Positions 61,019 through 64,000 of a DNA stretch of 64,000 bases are shown here, in pieces. The notes below the pieces were generated by a model. The model was not told the origin of the DNA and did no database searches. It saw nothing but the letters and a program-made list of their open reading frames with translations. The DNA lies in the IMG/VR virus record IMGVR_UViG_3300037308_000217, positions 1 through 64,000 of that record; one strand, given 5' to 3'. The DNA comes from a virus. Positions within the stretch are counted from its first letter, which is position 1; each line of letters starts with the position of its first letter. The translations under genes and the position numbers were made by a program.

Positions 61019-63328
61019 TCAGGCCGCGGTCTGGCGCACCGTGACCAGGTGCAGCGTCGATTTGACAAAGTTGATCGGGATGACCGGGGCCATCTCCACC
61101 GAGACTTCCAGCACGTCCACGACCAATTCCAGGAACAGCGAGCGGTACATCACCAAGGCTCCGGAATCGACCAGGAGCCCCAGGGTGTTGACCGCAACGC
61201 CCTTGGCCGCGTTGATGGTGCCGGCGAAGCCACGCTTGCCGACCGCGGTTTCCATGTTCGTCCGGAAGTTGAACGCGGCGTAGTTGACCGCCTGGTTCAC
61301 GCTGCCTTCGCAGAACGCGATGTTGTCGCTCGACAGGTGCGTGGTGACGTTCCGGACCCAGCGGCGGCCGACGCCCTCGACGTTCTCCATGAACAGCAGG
61401 CCGGCCTGGACCATCTCCTCGCTGTCATCGGTCGGATTCCAGGTGCTGTGCTGCTCAAAACCGAGCACGTTGCCGTACTTGAACGTGAGGCTCGTGCCCA
61501 CCGCGGGGGCGCCCGCCTGCATACCGGCCGCGAGTGCAGCCTGGAAGGGCGGGGTGAACGTCTGGCGCTCGCCGGCCGTGTTGTAGCGCGGGATGCCCTG
61601 CGCGCAGGCCCGGATGTGCCGGGTGTTGAGATCGACGATCTGCGCCTTCACCTCGGTCTTGGTGGCGTAGCCGGTCATCGGCGCGTCCATGATGCCGACA
61701 AAGCCGTCGCGCTCGCTACGCCCGATGCCGCACATGTACGCGCAGTGCGCGTCCAGAGCCGCATGGATGGCCGGGTCCGGAGTCAGCACGACCACGCTGT
61801 TGACCCGCGCCCGCTTCAGCCAGTTGAGCGCCAACTGCCACTCGGTCGTGGTGGCCGAGCCCTCGCTGCCTCCGGTCAGGAACACCGGAATGGTCGTGTT
61901 GCTCGGGAAGCCGCCCTTGGCGCCGGTGGCTTTCTCGGCCTCGACCAGCTGGCTGCTGCTGTTGAGCCAGTACAGGATGGCGTACAGATCCGCCTTGAAG
62001 CCGGGGGCGGTCGGGTAGAAACAGCTCACCGCGGCCGGGCTCACGTCCAGGTCGGTGACCGCAAAGTTGGTCTGGCCGGTCACCAGGGTCATCGTGAAGC
62101 CGTAGGTGATCGTGCTGATCACGACCTGGCGGCTGTTGAAGTAGTCGGCTGCCTTGGTGATGGTGTTCTGGACCGCACCCAGGCTCTTAGCCGCGGTCGC
62201 GGACAGGGTGACCGTCCGGGCAGCCTCGACCACGCCCAGGGCCAGCAGCGTCACCTCGGTCCAGGTCGCCGTGCCGACCACCGGGGTCGTGCCGGCCAGG
62301 GTCAGCTTCTCGCGCTGGACTGCGCCGGTCAGGCCCTTGCCCTCGACGATCAGCGCCTTGGTCGAGGCACCGTCCGCGGCCACGGTCAGCACACCGCCGG
62401 CAACGAACATCGCCTGGCCCGAAAGCAGACCCGGGGTGGTGCCGGCGACGATCGACACGATGGTCGTGCCGCCGCCGCTCGGGGCCACGGTCACGGTGCC
62501 AGCCGCGCCGGTCGCCCGGGCGCCGAGCACTGCGCTGAAAACCTGGGTGCCCACGACGACGGTGGTGCCATTCAGGGTCAGGGACTCCTTGACTGGCAGG
62601 CCGCCACCATCCAGGCCCCACAGCTCGACGACCTGGTTGTCCGCGATGTTGCTGCTGGACACCTGGACCGCGATGGGGGCAACCGGCTGGGTGCCCAGGG
62701 CGCCATCCTGGCCAGCATCCGCGCGGGTGCCGGCGCAGGTGATGTCCCCGTTGGCCGCAACCGCCGCGGTCATGGTTTCCCAGCCGTTGGCGTTGCCGCG
62801 GTAGCCCAGGGTGAAGATGTTGTCGCCGCCGATGGCTTCCACCGACTCGACCTGGTCCTCGAAAGTGACCGTCACCTGGCGCGCAGCGCCGGGGGGATCG
62901 GTGTCCTGGATGGCGACCTGGATCTGGCCGGTGAACGCGCCAAAGTCGCGGCTCCGGATGATCAGGCTGTCACCGTAGGTGTTGGAGAAGGTGGCCTCCG
63001 ACTGGGTCGCCGGATTCACCTTCATGGCCACCACTTCTTGGGCGCCGGCCTGGATGTCGGGGTCCTTGCTCGGGGCGAACAGGATGTCGCCCACCTCCCG
63101 CAGGTCGCCGCTCCGGAACATCTGGCGCAGCTTCTCCGGATTGGTGAATCGCAGGATGTCGTCCACCGATTCGATTTCGGTCACCGGCAGACCGCCCTCC
63201 GCAGTCCCCAGCACCGCCACGATGCCGCTGGCCCCCAGGCCGACGCTTTCGAGGCTCGACGCATCCACCTCGCTGTAGCTGCCGGGAACGTGGATCACCC
63301 GCCCGTTGAAGAAAATACTGGTGGCCAC
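61019..63328 (-). CDS. Contractile tail sheath protein
   Basis: 769 aa. The N-terminus HVPGSYSEVDAS resembles the sheath PGVY motif, and the tube gene follows. The GTG start follows AGGAGGTGTCTA. Confidence 0.75.
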   Translation of the reverse strand: MATSIFFNGRVIHVPGSYSEVDASSLESVGLGASGIVAVLGTAEGGLPVTEIESVDDILRFTNPEKLRQMFRSGDLREVGDILFAPSKDPDIQAGAQEVVAMKVNPATQSEATFSNTYGDSLIIRSRDFGAFTGQIQVAIQDTDPPGAARQVTVTFEDQVESVEAIGGDNIFTLGYRGNANGWETMTAAVAANGDITCAGTRADAGQDGALGTQPVAPIAVQVSSSNIADNQVVELWGLDGGGLPVKESLTLNGTTVVVGTQVFSAVLGARATGAAGTVTVAPSGGGTTIVSIVAGTTPGLLSGQAMFVAGGVLTVAADGASTKALIVEGKGLTGAVQREKLTLAGTTPVVGTATWTEVTLLALGVVEAARTVTLSATAAKSLGAVQNTITKAADYFNSRQVVISTITYGFTMTLVTGQTNFAVTDLDVSPAAVSCFYPTAPGFKADLYAILYWLNSSSQLVEAEKATGAKGGFPSNTTIPVFLTGGSEGSATTTEWQLALNWLKRARVNSVVVLTPDPAIHAALDAHCAYMCGIGRSERDGFVGIMDAPMTGYATKTEVKAQIVDLNTRHIRACAQGIPRYNTAGERQTFTPPFQAALAAGMQAGAPAVGTSLTFKYGNVLGFEQHSTWNPTDDSEEMVQAGLLFMENVEGVGRRWVRNVTTHLSSDNIAFCEGSVNQAVNYAAFNFRTNMETAVGKRGFAGTINAAKGVAVNTLGLLVDSGALVMYRSLFLELVVDVLEVSVEMAPVIPINFVKSTLHLVTVRQTAA

Positions 63329-63364
63329 TAGACACCTCCTTTAACGTGTGGTATCCTTGAGCCC

Positions 63365-63898
63365 ATGAGAACTCGCGGCCCGACACGCTTGCTCTGGAAA
63401 CCCGATCCTACTTGGTTTTGGTCCTTTGTCGATAAGCAAGGCCCGACTTCCAAATTGGGCACTGCTTGCTGGGTATGGACGGGGCATCGTGGCCGCTATG
63501 GATATGGGCACGTCATCCCGACAACTAGAAAATCCAGAAAGGAACATGCTGTACTTTCGGCCCACCGGGTAGCTTGGGAGCTGGAAATAGGCCCCATCCC
63601 CCCCGGCCGACTGGTCTGCCACCACTGCGCCAACAGGGCTTGCGTCCGCCCCTCCCACCTGTTCTTGGGAGATGATCAAGCCAATTCCGACGACAAACTG
63701 GAAAAGGGCCGCGGTCGCTGGGCTCATGGCGAAGCGCAGCATCTTGCCAAACTGACCGAAGATGCGGTACGCCAAATCCGGAAGGAAAGAAACTGTCCGG
63801 ACCCAACCCCCCTGAAGGATCTCGCCGCCCGCTACAACGTGAGCCTGGTGGCGATCAGCTGGGCGGCATTGGGCCGAACCTGGAAGCATGTGACCTGA
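63365..63898 (+). CDS. HNH homing endonuclease (the only plus-strand gene)
   Basis: CWVWTGHRGRYGYGH...AHRVAWELEIGPIPPGRLVCHHCANRACVRPSHLFLG..ANSDD is a typical phage HNH pattern. GC is lower than in the flanks. Confidence 0.8.
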   Translation: MRTRGPTRLLWKPDPTWFWSFVDKQGPTSKLGTACWVWTGHRGRYGYGHVIPTTRKSRKEHAVLSAHRVAWELEIGPIPPGRLVCHHCANRACVRPSHLFLGDDQANSDDKLEKGRGRWAHGEAQHLAKLTEDAVRQIRKERNCPDPTPLKDLAARYNVSLVAISWAALGRTWKHVT

Positions 63899-63902
63899 TC
63901 TC

Positions 63903-64000
63903 CTACCGAACCGGTTGGCTGCCGAACTCTGCCATTGCCTGTTTCCAGGCGGACATGGGCCGCGGGCACAAGCCATTGCGCTTGGCCCAGGACCGAAACC
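63903..64000 (-). CDS. 3' end of an upstream structural gene (partial)
   Basis: The frame ending ...MSAWKQAMAEFGSQPVR-TAG (stop at 63903-63905) has high third-position GC. It is truncated by the window edge. Confidence 0.35.
   Translation of the reverse strand, partial: FRSWAKRNGLCPRPMSAWKQAMAEFGSQPVR

Noticed and set aside
63341-63976. A 211-aa minus-strand ORF between the sheath gene and the window end.
   Set aside because: It is antisense to the plus-strand HNH gene, which has clear motifs. Its product is low-complexity. Only the last ~100 nt, in a different frame ending at 63903, look like a real minus-strand gene end.
1-64000. Apparent excess of CGATCG (PvuI site).
   Set aside because: I saw roughly 1 per kb in the first 6 kb, only about 3-fold over expectation. 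The copies sit mostly in one codon context (xxC-GAT-CGx / TCG-ATC-G), which is plausibly codon-driven, unlike TCCGGA.

Overview
The window is a high-GC (about 63-65 % by eye) segment of a contractile-tailed dsDNA phage or prophage. No host genes, integrase, tRNA, rRNA or CRISPR array are visible. About 80 tightly packed genes are present and all but one lie on the minus strand. GGAGG-type ribosome-binding sites and ATGA/GTGA stop-start coupling are common. In transcription direction (64000 -> 1) the modules are: (i) tail, baseplate and fibre genes at 63.3-34.0 kb (sheath, tube, chaperone pair, tape measure, hub, spike, LysM-gp25 fusion, baseplate J, Ig-like/Asp-box fibre proteins up to 1853 aa). 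(ii) A holin/spanin-like cassette at 34.0-33.0 kb. (iii) A replication and recombination module at 32.8-10.8 kb (SF2 helicase, DnaB-like helicase, DnaG-like primase, family-A DNA polymerase, gp32-like SSB, RecA-like recombinase, SbcCD, RuvC, beta-clamp-like protein). (iv) An early/accessory region at 10.7-0 kb (NlpC/P60, DUF932, orphan N6A methyltransferase, dUTPase, deoxynucleoside kinase, RadC/JAB, SprT-like protease, PHP phosphoesterase, tetrapeptide-repeat protein). The most notable observations are these. (1) An intein splits motif B of the polymerase, and an HNH homing-endonuclease ORF sits in a different reading frame of the intein linker while the polymerase frame stays open. (2) Four near-identical sigma70-type promoters carry the palindrome ACGGCA-N3-TGCCGT in the spacer; two further operator-only copies exist, and one full promoter drives an unknown gene inside the baseplate operon. 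(3) The palindrome TCCGGA (often TTCCGGAA) is about 5-7-fold over-represented in all reading frames. (4) A 12-bp tandem repeat encodes an (R/W)xSL tetrapeptide array. (5) The tail-chaperone pair needs a +1/-2 slip on a T5 run rather than the usual -1 frameshift. All functional calls come from motifs read by eye in the supplied translations; no database search was possible.
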